A stretch of DNA of 64,000 bases from Octopus sinensis (GCF_006345805.1 NC_043005.1:78182001-78246000), one strand, 5' to 3'; counted from the first letter of the stretch, positions 37,778 to 51,824 are shown. Made by a program: numbers and translations. The notes: a model not told the origin generated them from the sequence alone.

Positions 37778-37852
37778 GCTCACCTGTTCTTGCGCCATGT
37801 CTCAAGCGGACTGCTTCTCGAAAATAGGTTACTCATACCTGTTTGTTTTATA
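37778..37852 (-). promoter_or_regulatory. Candidate TATA promoter plus first coding exon (MAQEQ) and splice donor
   Basis: Minus strand TATAAAA (37852-37846), Inr-like CTATTTT with A at 37825, gacATGG, ATGGCGCAAGAACAG|GTGAGC; motif-level only. Confidence 0.3.
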
Positions 37853-38140
37853 GCGTAGTGAACGCATTTTGAACTGTTATTTGTCATTTATTCTAAATCC
37901 ACTGATGTTTACAATCAATAAGAAGACAGATTGAATAAAACCATCATTTGAATAACATGTAATGCCAATTATTTTACATATCACAAATAAGCATATGTGC
38001 ATCAGTGCGTATATGTGTGTATGTGTGTTTGCGAATGAGTATTAAAATAACTTAGATAACTTAGATATGTTTCGACCAAAGATTGGTCCAGGCCATGTCT
38101 AACTTAATAGCACCACCTGATAGGGTTATTCGAATCCTGT

Positions 38141-38400
38141 TTAAGTCAAGTTTTGTTCAAGTAGTGAGTTCTTGTTGGGTGAGTTGTATCCAATTATGGG
38201 TGGCTTATCTGGTATTCTTTGAAGGAATCTATCCAGACTCCGTTTAAAGTTGATGGGATCCTTTTCCTCTTTGATCTCCCTCGGGACAATGTTAAATAGG
38301 GCAGGGCCTGTTGAGGAAAAGAAATTATGTTGCAGTGTACATGTATGTTGTGATCTTGAATTGGGCAAGAAAGAAATTTTGTTCTTCGCCTGAGCATTAA
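38141..38400 (-). pseudogene. CR1/L2-like LINE ORF2 C-terminal remnant
   Basis: HNFFSSTGPALFNIVPREIK...FKRSLDRFLQRIPDKPP..GY...NSLL. Confidence 0.75.
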
Positions 38401-39284
38401 CACTGACCATTTTGGTGTGTGATGAATAGCAGCTAACGTGTAATAAACACATCTAAATTGTTATTAATCAGCTCTTTTAGATCCAATTGTGTGTACGATC
38501 AATGAGAAGACCGACTGAATGAAATTTTCGTTTTTATTAATATGTAATAACCAATTATCTTACAATTCACAAATACGCTTATGTGCTTCTATATATTTTC
38601 GTATAATAGTGTCTGTGAATGGGCATTATTGAGAAAAAAGTTAACTGAATTGATACGAAACTCGAAAACTGAGAATCTACACGAAACATCTCAACATGCT
38701 GGAGCCTTCTCGTTTTACATTGTTCACAATTCTTATTTATTTTTATACATTAGCATAACTATCAGTAAAGTGATTGTAAATTTTTCTTTGTAAATGTAAG
38801 AATAAATTCAATAGGAGCTTGTCGTGCAATGACAGAAGCTCACAAATGTTCATTGAAAGAGAGAACGTGATTTAGTCGATTAAAATTATTTTCTCTTTAA
38901 TATCGATTCCAACATACTGTCAACGATATAAATTTGATACTGTCTCCAAAGGGATTAACTTGAAATTGAAGCCGACATTAATTTAGCTAAGAAGCATAAT
39001 GTAACGTTTGGTTAGTGACAATATGGATATTGACTGCGTCTGTCGATAGTATTTTTCGAATTTTTTCATTACGGAATGGCGAAATGCGATACTGTGATGT
39101 TTATACAAAATCACTTTCCTGAAGATGTAGAAATGAAACTAGGCTGAATACGGGATCAGATTTTGAAAACAAATTAAATAAAAGCAGTTCAATACTTTTC
39201 TCAAACGTGTATCCAATTAAAATTTATTGATAGATTGACACCTTGTCACACACACATACATACATACATACATACATACATACA

Positions 39285-39337
<53 letters not shown>

Positions 39338-40002
39338 TATTATATATATATATATATAATATATACGGACACACACATATACATTTATAGAAGGAGAGAC
39401 AAGAATAAAGAGATAGACGCACGTGTGAGCGTGTTAGTATGCATATGTGTGTATGTAGGAACATATAAACAGACACACCCACTCACTCACACAGACAAAC
39501 ACACACACATTTATATACATACCACGAATTCGCGGTCAGCCACGGCTGGTCGGTAGGCGTGTTCCTAGTGTGCTTATAGAGTGTTCTTATATTGTTCTGA
39601 GCTTACATATATCATTTGATCTAATGTACTTATTCATGTATTTAGAATGCGTAAGAAACAGATGTAATGAACTGGCATGTATCCATCATATATTACCATT
39701 CATTTGCTTATAATACACCAAAGGGATTCACGACACGTCGGACATCCTGGAGTATACCAAACAACCTATGATCAAAACAACGTTTACTTTGGACCATCCC
39801 CTGGTGGTTTTCTCTGTATGTACAACCTGAATATTTTACTGTATACTTATTTGACTAAAGGTGGTGATCACAGGTTAACTCAACCATACCTGATGCAAAT
39901 CATTCAAGTACTCGATTCTCTCTATTGTGTGTATATATATATGAATGTATATACGTATTTATACGTATACATACATACATATACATATCCATTTACGTAT
40001 TC

Positions 40003-40009
<7 letters not shown>

Positions 40010-40085
<76 letters not shown>

Positions 40086-40170
40086 ATCTATCTATCTATC
40101 TATCTATTTATTTATCTATCTATCTATCTATGTGTCTGTCTGTCTATCTATCTATCTAGCTATCTATCTA
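40010..40170. repeat. (TATC)n microsatellite
   Basis: Direct tandem repeat. Confidence 0.95.
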
Positions 40171-40401
40171 TATTCATATAGCAGGTTAAGCCGAAATAGT
40201 TCGGATTTTTACCGAAAATTTTGGCATCTTTCATTTTCGTGTTATATTATTAATTTGATACAACTTGTTGTCCAATTGTTGCAGAATTGCTTATTTTATT
40301 TTTATGTCTAAAAAATAAACATTAATTTTTATTCCATTTTTACAGCTTTTATAATTAGCAGTGAAAAGACTACAATTGGAGTCATTTTATGCTGCGTGTA
40401 A

Positions 40402-41109
40402 AAAACTGTTCACCGGGAGCTGCACAAAACCGGACTTCACAGGTGGGCTGCAATCAGAAAACTACTACTTTCAAAAGAAAACGTTGCAAAGCATTCAGAG
40501 TCGAGTAAAAACCTATAGAATTGTTCCCTAGAGCAGTGGAAGAATGTTATTTTCTCGGACGAGTCATCCTCTACAATATTTGCGACCACCAGCCGAGTAT
40601 ACGTGTGGAGACAGCCAAAAGAAGCATTTGACCCAGACTGCCTTCTTCCAACTGTTAAACGTGGTGGAGGATCTGTGATGATCAGTGGGGCAATATCTTG
40701 GAAATCCACCGGCCCAATGGTTTCCCTTCATGGTAGAATTAATAGTCAAGACTATTTAAGCATTTCATCTGAGCAAATTTATCCTATGGTTGCGGAACTG
40801 TTTCCGGAGGGAAATGCAATCTTTCAGGATGATAATGCACCAATTCACACGGCTAAAGTTGTAACTGAATGGCACGAGGAATATTCTAGTGACGTTGAAC
40901 ATCTTATCTGGTCACCACAGTTCCCAGATCTCAATATTACTGTTTTAGCTTAAGAATGGACAAAAATTCCTTTGGAAACAGTTCAAACTTTGCACGAGCC
41001 CATACCTTGTAGAATTCAAGCTGTAATTACTACCAAAGGCGGTTCTACCTATATCAAAATAAATTTGTTTGAAATTTCAAGGTGTTTCTATTATTTTGTC
41101 CAACCCCTG
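40402..41109 (+). mobile_element. 5'-truncated Tc1-like transposon with right TIR
   Basis: VIFSDES, TVKRGGGSVM, FQDDNAPIHTAK, PDLNI then a deletion removing the catalytic E, GGST; ends TTTTGTCCAACCCCTG|TA. Confidence 0.9.
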
Positions 41110-41554
41110 TACATATGTACGTACGTATGTATGTATGTATGTATGTACGTATGTATGTATGTATGTATGTATGTATGTATGTATGTATGTATGTAGTATG
41201 TATGTATGTATGTATGTATGTGTATGTATGTATGTATGTCTCTCTCTCTCTGTATATATATATATATATATGGGAGTAAGGAGTGATCGGGAGATTCTTT
41301 GTTATTGGATCAGCTGTAGTACAACATTCCTTCATTGCTGAACATCAGCATTTGATAGCAATAATTAGTTAGAGTAGTTCTGTATAATTCTATTATAGAA
41401 TATCATACGTTACAGGTGTAGCTGTCATTCTTTTTCTATAGAGACAAGACACTCTCTCTCTATTCATATATATATAACAACGACAACTTTTGCTTCCCTT
41501 TAGCAATTGAAAGCCTGTCGCAAGCAATCATTCCCCCGCCACATCCTTTCCTTA

Positions 41555-41592
<38 letters not shown>

Positions 41593-41999
41593 GTTCCCTC
41601 GCTTTCTTCACTTCTTAAGAAGCAAGCCGTCACCAGCTTTTACCGTGCAGCAGTCATTTATTTGATGACGTTGCTTTCAATTGATCTGTTGGCTTTACTA
41701 GCCTAATTAACATTGTTCTTGGTAAACACTGTTTTAGCCTGTTATCGCCTTATCTGTTCTTCATATCAAGTAGTTTATTCTTCTGAGATAAATCTAATAC
41801 AATAGAGTCACACGTGTTCTGTTGCGCACAAAATTGAATATCCTCTCTTCAGATCAATAATAATTCTACGAATTTCTTTTACGTGTTTAAGGCATTGTAC
41901 TGCGCCTATGCTGGTGCACCGTCTTGAAGGGATTAGTAGAAGAGATAACCACCTCGTGGACAGTTATTATTTCAAAGGCTAGTAGTTATTCCATCAGTC

Positions 42000-42300
42000 T
42001 TTTTAACCGAACTGTTAAGTTACAGTGAGTTAAATAAACCAGCTCCAGTTGTCAAGAAGGGGCTGGTGACAAACTCAAACGCACACATATAAATACACAC
42101 ACACACACACCTTTATATGTGTGATGGGCTTTCGCACAGTTTCTGTCTAACAACTCTCACCAGGAATTAGTCGACAAACCACGTTTCAGGTTTGGTCCCA
42201 CTACGCGGCATTTTGGGCACGTGTCTTCTACAGTAACCTTAAGCTAAATGCCTTGTGAGCGAATTTGACAGATGGAAACTATGAGGAAGCTTATCATTCG
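42000..42300. mobile_element. Degenerate SINE family A pieces in both orientations
   Basis: CCGAACTGTTAAGTTAC...GTTGTCAAG (minus) then GTCCCACTACGCGGCATTTTGGGCACGTGTCTTCTAC (plus). Confidence 0.55.
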
Positions 42301-42918
42301 TATGCTTGTAAGTGTGTGCGTGCGTGTGTGTGTGTGGGTGTGTGTGTGTGTGTGTGTTCTGCACGGTCTAAATATGTCATGATCCTTTATTTCTAGAATA
42401 ATGTTACCCACTAACGGCCACACTCCACTGAGCGTAACACGAAAATAAATGAAAGAATTACATATATTTTCCAGCAACTAAAAAAAAAACCCATAGCAAA
42501 ATTTATTAACAAGAAAGTTCTTTTAGTTTAAAGCTGAGTTACAAACAAGCGAGATTCGTTCAACTTTATTAAAGATTTCTTTCAAACAACTAAGAGGTTT
42601 CTAATAAAAAATTAATTATCCGTGATGTTAGCAGAACTATAAAATACATACGAATTTAGTTATTTATCTATCAGAATCTTATTTCTTCCATTTTAGTGGA
42701 ATTCTGGTTTCTATTGAAGTAAGATATCGAGATATTGTCACGTTTTATTCTTTTATTCATTCGTTCTGTTATTTTTTACCAGTAATATGCACTCTTCTGG
42801 AAAAGCAACCAATTCTCCAAATCGATGCTATAAAAGACTGCAAAATATTTTTTCTTCCCATGTCCTTTCTATCTAGTTCTCTGTCTTTCTGTCTCCTTTT
42901 CTGTCCATCTCACACTTC

Positions 42919-43050
<132 letters not shown>

Positions 43051-45444
43051 CAAACAATGGAATAGTTGTGATTAATTTTCTGCGCGTTTTCATTTTTATG
43101 TTACTTGCAGATGTTTTTTTGTTTTTTTTTTTAGTTTTCCTCTCCTTTCAATTTTTTAAAAATATTATTTATTTCCTTATTGTACTTCAAAGCTTAAAAA
43201 TATTTCACAAATTACGGCTTGTAAAACATATCGTGCCCTAAAATTTATATAAATTAATACAAACGATTCAATTAAAAGAAGAAAAAAAAAATTACCCACC
43301 GTCTTTTTCATCAGCTGATAAGAATAAAACTATTTTTAGCAATAATATTGCATGTCAAGAGAACTGTGTGAATTTCATGGAAGCTGATTTCTAGCAGAAA
43401 GGAAAAATCGATTGATTGGAGATGGAGTTGGCAGAAGCCGCTAGTTAGTTCTAAATAAATAGCATTTACCATTATTTCCCTCTTGGTATGTTTGAGAACA
43501 GAAATATAAGAAAACTCCGTTCTTCCAAGTAGTTACATTATAAATTTATCAACATTTTATACACTGAGTTAATAAATAAATCCACATGGAATTATTCCTT
43601 CTCTTTTACCCTGCATGTTCCATTAGATTTATCAGCTTAAAGCCAATTTCCTTTTTACACAAAAGTCTTTTTGGTTTTATTTTCATTGTTATTTCTTTTC
43701 TTTGTCATATTATTATATTATCTTTATTGTTTTCTTACCGTTTATTTCTTCTGATTGTCTTTTATTCCGTTCCATCGTGGGAATTTAAGTGTGTAACGTA
43801 CTCAAGAGACAGAGAGAGAAGCCGCCTAGATTTAACAAAAATCCATTCCTTTAAAATATATTATCGATCTTTTTCTGATATAGTTTTGGTTGATTCAGCA
43901 TATAGTAATGATTATAAATATCGATCGACAGTTCCTATGTACAATGTGTCACTCGAGTGTTTGGTGAGACAACAATGATAAACACACTTCTTGTCACAAT
44001 AAGGCCTTGACTGGAACCACATCAAAGTATCTCCTTTATTTAACAAGGAATACTTTCGAAATAATATCTAGAAAATCATGATTTTAGTCGCTCATGAGGA
44101 AAGAAAATAACGTAATATATCATGCAGCCAATTTATAATCCACAATGGTTTTTCTTTTAACCACATACCTTTCTAATATCGCAGTAGCGCTACTTACATT
44201 ACACCTGCACTTATTTCTCCCATCCGTTTCAAATATTGGCCAATGTTACATCAAAAATACTTCGGCGCCATACTGATTTTTGATGGCAGCGAAACCATAA
44301 CTGATGTAAAAATGTCCATTTATTTTATGATATAGCAACCATTAAACATATACAGCTTGTCACATTTAAGTGTTGAAAGATCACCTGAGTGTAAAAAAAA
44401 AACACTTTGAACTTTATTTCAGAATATTATTCATTACTTGAAATAAAAGGGAGCACTTCTAATATTTCTATATTTATTAATTTTTGAGATGTAAGGAAAA
44501 TTTAGATCTGAAAAAGGACATTTTTCTGGCTTTTCAGTAATAAGATGTAAATGGAAAATATATTGTATACGATACACGAATAGAAATAAATGATAAATAG
44601 TACTATGTAATACAGAGATGTTTAAAAATTGCTTGATGTTATTTATTTCGACGAACGTGTGTGATTATCATCTGAATGTTCTACAAATTGTGGCAGATGT
44701 TATTGGATAGAACATGGTACAAACAAATCCAAAGACACGGTTTTGGGTTATACAACAGTTTTCCTATTAACGGAAAGTATTTTATGTTTTATATTTCACT
44801 TGCAATTAGTGTTGTATTTGATAACTTTGTGTAGTGTGTACCAACTGAAAAGAGAGTGATAAGCAGGAGCTGTGCAGAATATTGATATCATGAATAATAA
44901 TGCAGTGCTATCTAGTACATATTTATACGACAGCCTTCGACATTTTTTCTATTACAAAGGTCTTTTTTTTTATCACAATATCCACATTCTGTTATTTATA
45001 GCTTTATCTATTTCGAGTTCCATCGTAAAAACCATATGCACATGTACACATATATATGCATATGTGTTATATATATATATATATATCTGTGTGTGTGTGT
45101 ATGCATGTATGTATAATATATACATATACGTGTGTGTGCATATATGTACGTATGTAATATAAAACATGTATATACACATACATACGAATGTACATGTAAG
45201 AATATACTCACACACACGCACACGCACTTACACACACATATGAATGTATTTGTAATACTACTTTTATGCTCATAGCCTCATGTAGATTATCGTATTCCGG
45301 TCAGTTTCCATTACAGTGGTTAAATAACATTTATACTAAGTAACATAGTTTGTTATGAATTACAGAGAAAATGTAGAGCAAATTACAATAAGCACAATTT
45401 TTTTTTCCTACGTACATTTTCACAATTATGATTGTTTGGAGACC

Positions 45445-45649
45445 TGCATTAGGTGTTCCAACTGTACCTGGATGCTCCACCAGATCGGATCATCAGGGAA
45501 CACTTTATTGCGCTAAGTTACAGAGAGCTGGCGTCCATTCAGGTATAGAGAATTAGTGAGCGTTAGTTCTCTGTAACTTAATGCAATAAAATGTTCACGG
45601 ATGATCCATTCTGGTTAAGCACCCAAATGCACTTGAAACACCTGATGCA
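45445..45649. mobile_element. Foldback MITE-like palindrome, copy 1 (205 bp)
   Basis: Imperfect ~85-bp arms TGCATTAGGTGTTCC...TAAGTTACAGAGAGCT; no TSD seen. Confidence 0.75.
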
Positions 45650-45708
45650 CGTGTGAAAATGTTCGTAGGAACAAATAATATGAGCAAGTGTTTATCGTAA
45701 TTTCTCAT

Positions 45709-45732
45709 ATCTATCTATCTATCTATCTATCC

Positions 45733-45829
<97 letters not shown>

Positions 45830-45834
45830 CCTAC

Positions 45835-45896
<62 letters not shown>

Positions 45897-45905
45897 CTAT
45901 CTATC
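45709..45905. repeat. (TATC)n microsatellite
   Basis: Direct tandem repeat. Confidence 0.95.
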
Positions 45906-45999
45906 TATATTTGTTTCTGTCTTTCTTTCTATTTATTTATCTATCTACCTATGTGTGTGTGTGTGTGTGCTTGTGTGTGTGTGTGTTTTTACCCACACC

Positions 46000-46150
46000 A
46001 CTATCTGACAACCGGTGTTGGTGTATTTACGTCCGCGTAACCATGCAGTTCGATAAAAGAATCCCAGAGAAGTCCTTGGGTCGATTTGGTCGACTAAAAC
46101 ACTTCAAGGCAGTGCCCCAGCATAGCCGCAGTAAATGACTGAAACAAGTA
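46000..46150 (+). mobile_element. SINE family A, 3' half
   Basis: GACAACCGGTGTTGGTG...AATGACTGAAACAAGTA. Confidence 0.75.
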
Positions 46151-46171
46151 ATATATATATATAAAAATCTA

Positions 46172-46471
46172 TTATCTTTTACTCGCTTCAGTCATTAGAC
46201 TGCAGCGTGCTGGGGCACCATCTTGAAGAATTTTTAGACGAATAAATCGACCCAAGGGGGTTGTTCTATCGGTCTCTTGTGCCGATAAGCTAAGTTACTG
46301 GGAAGTAAAGCACTCCAATACAGATTGTCAAGCGATGGTGAGAGAAAAACACAGTGACGAAGATACACACGCATCGATGCATGAATACATACATATAAAC
46401 ATATACATATATATATATGTGTGTGTGTGTGTGTGTTTGTGTGTTTGTGTGTGTGTGTGTGTGAGTGTGTG

Positions 46472-46529
<58 letters not shown>

Positions 46530-46687
46530 GCTTCTTTCAGTTTCTGTCAAGTGAATCAACTCACAAGGCTCTGGTAATGCTGATGCTATAGTAGGAGACA
46601 CTTGCCAAAGGTGCCACGCGGTGAGACTGTACCCGGAACCCTGATGTTTGGAAGCAAGCTTCTTCCCACACAGCCACATCTGCGCCT
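46172..46687 (-). mobile_element. SINE family A with expanded internal (TG)n
   Basis: Collinear with 51431-51824. Confidence 0.8.
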
Positions 46688-46947
46688 TACTATAGCTGAT
46701 GTGGTTACTCGATTGATATAATGTGTGACAAGTTACTTTAATGAGATTCGTATCCGATATTTATATGACATATCAATATCGTCTGTGAGATATTGCTGTG
46801 AAACATAAGCAGCCGTGATGTATGATATATACGAATAGCACATGTGATAAAGCGTAATAAATCACTATGGTATATGATGATTATGCATGTTGTTTAGATA
46901 TTATATGTGACAACTAGCTGTTAAGTGATTTATAAAGGATCTAATAT

Positions 46948-47169
46948 ATATTTCTTTACTACCGACAAGGGGCTAAACACAGAGAGGACAAACAAGAACA
47001 GACAAACGGATTAAGTCGATTACATCGACCCTAGTGCGTAACTGGTACTTAATGTATCGACCCCGAAAGGATGAAAGGGAAAGTTGACCTCGGCGGAATT
47101 TGAACTCAGAACGTAACGACAGACGAAATACCGCAAAGCATTTCGCCAGGCGTGCTAACGATTCTGCCA
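46948..47169 (-). mobile_element. SINE family C, well conserved
   Basis: ACAAGGGGCTAAACACAGAGAGGACAAACAAG...GGCGTGCTAACGATTCTGCCA. Confidence 0.9.
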
Positions 47170-47172
47170 ATA

Positions 47173-47489
47173 TAGGTCGTCGTCGACTTAATACCACAAT
47201 TGGTTCCGACTGACTGTTTGGAGTCCTGCATTAGGTGTTCCAAGTGCATCTGGATGCTCCACGGGAACGGATCATCAGGGAACGCTTTATTGTGCTAAGT
47301 TACAGAGAGCTGGCGTCCATTAAGGTATAGAGAATTAGTGAGCGTTAGCTCTCTGTAACTTAATGCAATAAACTGTTCACGGATGATCCATTCTGGTTAA
47401 GCATCGAAATGCACTTGAAACACCTGATGCACGAGTGAAAATGTTCGTAGGAACAAATAATATGAGCAAGTGTTTATCGTAATTTCTCA

Positions 47490-47570
<81 letters not shown>

Positions 47571-47690
47571 GTCTGTCTGTCTGTCTGTATGTCTGTCTGT
47601 CTGTCTGTCTCAGTCTGTCTCTCTCTCTCTCTCTGATTATGTCTGTCTGTCGGCCTGTCTGTCTGTCTAGCTATCTGTCTATCTATCTAA

Positions 47691-47744
<54 letters not shown>

Positions 47745-48342
47745 CTATCTATCTATCAATCTATCTTTGTTTCTTTATTTCTTCCTTTCCCTTTAACTAT
47801 TTATCTACCTATGTGTATGCATATGTGTGTGTGTTTGTGTCTGTGTTTGCACCTCCATCACTACCTGACAACCGATGTTTGTGTATTTACGTTGGCGTAA
47901 CCAAGCAGTTCAGTAAAAGAATCCGATAGAATAAGTCGATTAGGTCGTAAGTCAGTCTATAGGCTTACATAAATTTGTTTTATATTTTTACATTCTTAAG
48001 ATACATTCTCAGGTAAAAGTCACACACAGCATTCTGTATTACACTATTATATCGGCGTCAGTCAAAAATTTCAGACTCTCATGCAGTCGTCTTATAAACA
48101 AATATGAGGTTGCATCGATGTCTCCGCGATAGGATAGTCATCCATCACAGTAGTGTTTGATAACCAAACCTAGGAGAAGCGTTTGTTAGCTGACATCATC
48201 CGTAGACGAGTTAATTTTTAAGAAGTTAAACCCATTATATTTCAGCTGGACTATTTATTATTGCTGCCGGTATCTGGCGCGCCAATCGCCGTAAAGCCGA
48301 TTGGTCGAAAGTCGGATAGGTCGTAAAATCGACGACGATCTG
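47173..48342. mobile_element. Pogo/Tigger-like non-autonomous element with an internal insertion
   Basis: Ends TA|TAGGTCGTCGTCGACTT and AAATCGACGACGATCTG|TA (inverted); subterminal GGTCGTAA motifs at 47942 and 48319; superfamily by resemblance. Confidence 0.5.
47227..47431. mobile_element. Foldback MITE-like palindrome, copy 2
   Basis: Outer 32 bp of arms match 28/32; collinear with 45445-45649. Confidence 0.75.
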
Positions 48343-48440
48343 TATATATGTGTAATGCAAATTGTTTTTATGTGATGAATAACTATCATGTGCCATAAGT
48401 AATTGCTGCACAGCATTGTTCATAATATATAAGACTTGGT

Positions 48441-49075
48441 AAAGGCGACGGGCTGGTGAAATTGTTAGCACCCCGGACAAAATTTTTTGCGGCATATCGT
48501 CCGTCTTTCCGTTCTGAGTGCAAATTCCGCCAAGAGCGACTTTTCTTTACATGTTTTCATCGTCGATAAAATGAATACCAGTTGAACACTGGTGTTGATA
48601 TAATCAACTTCACCACTCCTAGGAAATTTCTGGCCTTGTGCCAAAATTTGAGACTCACATATAAGACTAGGTGAAGGCGGCGAGGCGGCAGAAACGTTAT
48701 CGGCATTTCGTCTGTCGGCATTTCGTTCTGAGTTCAAATTCCGCCGAGATCGACTTTACCTTTCATCCTTTCAGGGTCAGTAAATTAAGTACTAGTTACG
48801 GACTGGGGTCGATGTAATCGACTTAATCCGTTTGTCTGTCATTGTTTGTCCCCTCTGTGTTTAGCCCCTTGTGGGCAATAAAGAAATCAGAATCGTTAGC
48901 AACCCAGGCAAAAATACTTAGTGGCATTTCGTCCGTCTTTGCGTTCTGAGTTCAAATTCCGCTGAGGGTGACTTTGCGTTTCGTCCATTCGGTATCAGTT
49001 GAGCACTGGGGTCAATGTAATCGACTGACCCTCTCACGGCAAAATTGCTGGCCATATGCCAACATTTGAAACCTA
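48441..49075 (+). mobile_element. Three head-to-tail SINE family C copies (48441-48657, 48671-48887, 48888-49075)
   Basis: Repeated AAGGCG...TTAGC...TTCTGAGTTCAAATTCCGC; ATAAGACT(T/A)G precedes the first two. Confidence 0.85.
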
Positions 49076-49715
49076 TTTATTAATGTTTTCATTGCGTGTG
49101 CTTTATAGTTGCTTCACCAATGATTGAGAAGCTCAGTCAACTTTCTGATCTATTATCAACAGACAAATAAATAAATAAATAAATAAATTTTAACGATAAT
49201 ACATCACACAACAGAAAATATATCTATCTGGTCTGAGTAACATCTAAAGCACTGCGTGGTACATATCGGTAAAGCACGTATCATGATGAACGTGCCAAGC
49301 TTAACACATAACACCTTTTAAGTTAAGTTTCTATCAACTGATTATGTTGATTAGATAGCGTCGCCGCAAAACTCAAAAGAAAAACGTATTCAACGTATTC
49401 AGAATGGACAGTTCTGAGATTGGTATCTGGTTTCCATTGGAGAGACTGATTCTGATAACTTTTTATCTATTAATAGAAAATCTAAGATTGTTTAGATTCC
49501 AAATTTTGTTCGTTGAGGTATAACTACATTTTCGTGAAATTGCTCCTCAAGCACATAAAACAAAACGTTGAGGAAAAAAGAAATTGTGAAGATTGCACCA
49601 ATGTTGATCTTTCCCTCATACACTCGCGCACGAGTTTACACGTGCATATGTATACTCATATATTATATGCATGTGTGTATAATCTATATACGTATATATG
49701 TATGCATGCATATAT

Positions 49716-49771
<56 letters not shown>

Positions 49772-49875
49772 CATACATACATAATACATACATACATACA
49801 TATATATGCATATATATATATATATATACATATATATTATATATATTTATCGATATATACCTAATATACATATAT

Positions 49876-49918
<43 letters not shown>

Positions 49919-50203
49919 TATATATAATATATATATAAGTATTATATAATAATAAGATTTTAATCGAGAAATTTCAAAGGTAAGAGAGAATGTAAAATCT
50001 GTTTATATAGATAAATGGTTTAGATATTAAGAACAAAATTAATTAATCTATACTGTATTAATCTGAAGCGTATTAACAATGCTGTATTAGATTACCGAAC
50101 ATGTTGCTTTCAAGATTATATACCAAATAAATGAACAGAAATCAAAAACTTTAGCGAAACCTGAATTAATAAGGTATATTATTTAATATTAAATTTCCAC
50201 AAA

Positions 50204-51115
50204 GGCAGCGAACTCACAAAGTTGTTAGTACGATGGGAAAAATGCTTAGCGGCATTTCGTACGTCTTTATGATCTGAGTTCTAATTCTGCTACGGTCGAC
50301 TTTACTTTTCATCCCTTTCAGGGTCAATGAAATAGGTACCAGCCAAGCGCTGGAGTCGATGTAATTGACAAGCCCTTTCGACAAATGTTCCAAGCCTTGT
50401 GCCTGTTGTAGAAAGGAATTTATTAAGTTGGGAAAGTAGGGAAAGTGGTAGAATAGTAGCAAGCCGTATAAAAGGCTTAGCGTAAATTTTTCCAGCTCTT
50501 GGTGTTCTGAGTTCAAATGCCACAGAGGTCGGTTTTGCTTTTTGTCCTTTCGGGGTCGATTGCATCAATTTTTTCGCCCCTAAAATTGCTGGCTTTGTGC
50601 CAATGTTTTAAAAGAATAATATTTATTCTTTACATTGTCTCAAAACTTCAAATTGCAATAATCAACATAGTTAAAAAGTGATACTTTTCAAATCTAGCAT
50701 CAGGACACAGTTTGACCTCGAAACATGGACGGATGGAAATAAGTACTGATATCCATAAGGACCTATACTCCACATTTTCCTGTCAGATCATTATACGAAT
50801 AAGCCTTCCTAATTTTGTCACAAGACCAACAATTTTGAAAGATGGTGGAAAAGTTGATAACACATCAAACCCAGTGCTTCACTGGTGCTTAATTTTATTG
50901 ACCCCGATAGGATGGAAGGCAAAGTCAACCTTGGCAGCATTTGAACTCAAAATATAATAAGCTGGATGCAATTGAGCACTGGGGCCGCAGAAATCGACTT
51001 AGCCCTTTCCCCGAAATTGCTGGCCTTGGGCCAAAATTTGAAACCAATATACAGAGCTGGAAAGCATGCCACAAAGCATTTTGTCCGATTCCCGACAGAT
51101 TTTGTCAGCTCGTCA
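50204..51115. mobile_element. Cluster of degenerate SINE family C copies, both orientations
   Basis: Plus 50204-50415, 50440-50612, 50960-51050; minus 50812-50950, 51055-51115. Confidence 0.7.
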
Positions 51116-51430
51116 CTTTTATCGCCCAAATATTTATTTCTTGTGTACGTACACCCAACCGAAAGCAAACGTATGGCCGATGCAATTGCCCTCTGGTCAT
51201 TGGCGTAGCAACTTGGGCCTTAACGTCCGTGGAGTAAAACACTTTTGGCGCCCACATTTTACCCTTTGCCTGAACAAGGTATTTTCATAAATTTGTCTTA
51301 AACACCTATGATTGTTTCCAGATATTTAGCTAGCTTCATACATTAGTTGTTTCATACATTGTGAGTAGTATAAAGCGTTCCTGTCATGAGTCCCAAATTG
51401 CTGAGGTATTCTCTTTTTCTCTTTTTGACT

Positions 51431-51824
51431 CTCTTTTCATTCAGTCATTTGACTGTGGCCGTGCTGGAGCACCACCTTTAGTCGAGCAAATCGACCCCAG
51501 GACTTACTCTTTGTAAGCCTAGTACTTATTCTATCGGTCTCCTTTGCCGAACCGCTAAGTTACAGGGACGCAAACACACCAGCATCGGTTGTCAAGCGAT
51601 GTTGGGGGACAAAAACAGACGCACAAACATATACACACACATACATATATACATACATATATACGATGGACTTCTTTCAGTTTCCGTCTACCAAATCCAC
51701 TCACAAGGCTTCGGCCCGCGGCTATAGAAGAAGACACTTGCCCAAGGTGCCACGCAGTGGGACTGAACCCGGAACCATGTGGTTCGTAAGCACAGCTACT
51801 TACCACACAACCACTCCTACGCCT
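51431..51824 (-). mobile_element. SINE family A, well conserved
   Basis: Near reverse complement of 11863-12243. Confidence 0.92.

Noticed and set aside
44190-44385. Minus-strand acceptor/donor pair as an exon
   Set aside because: All three frames contain stops between the sites.
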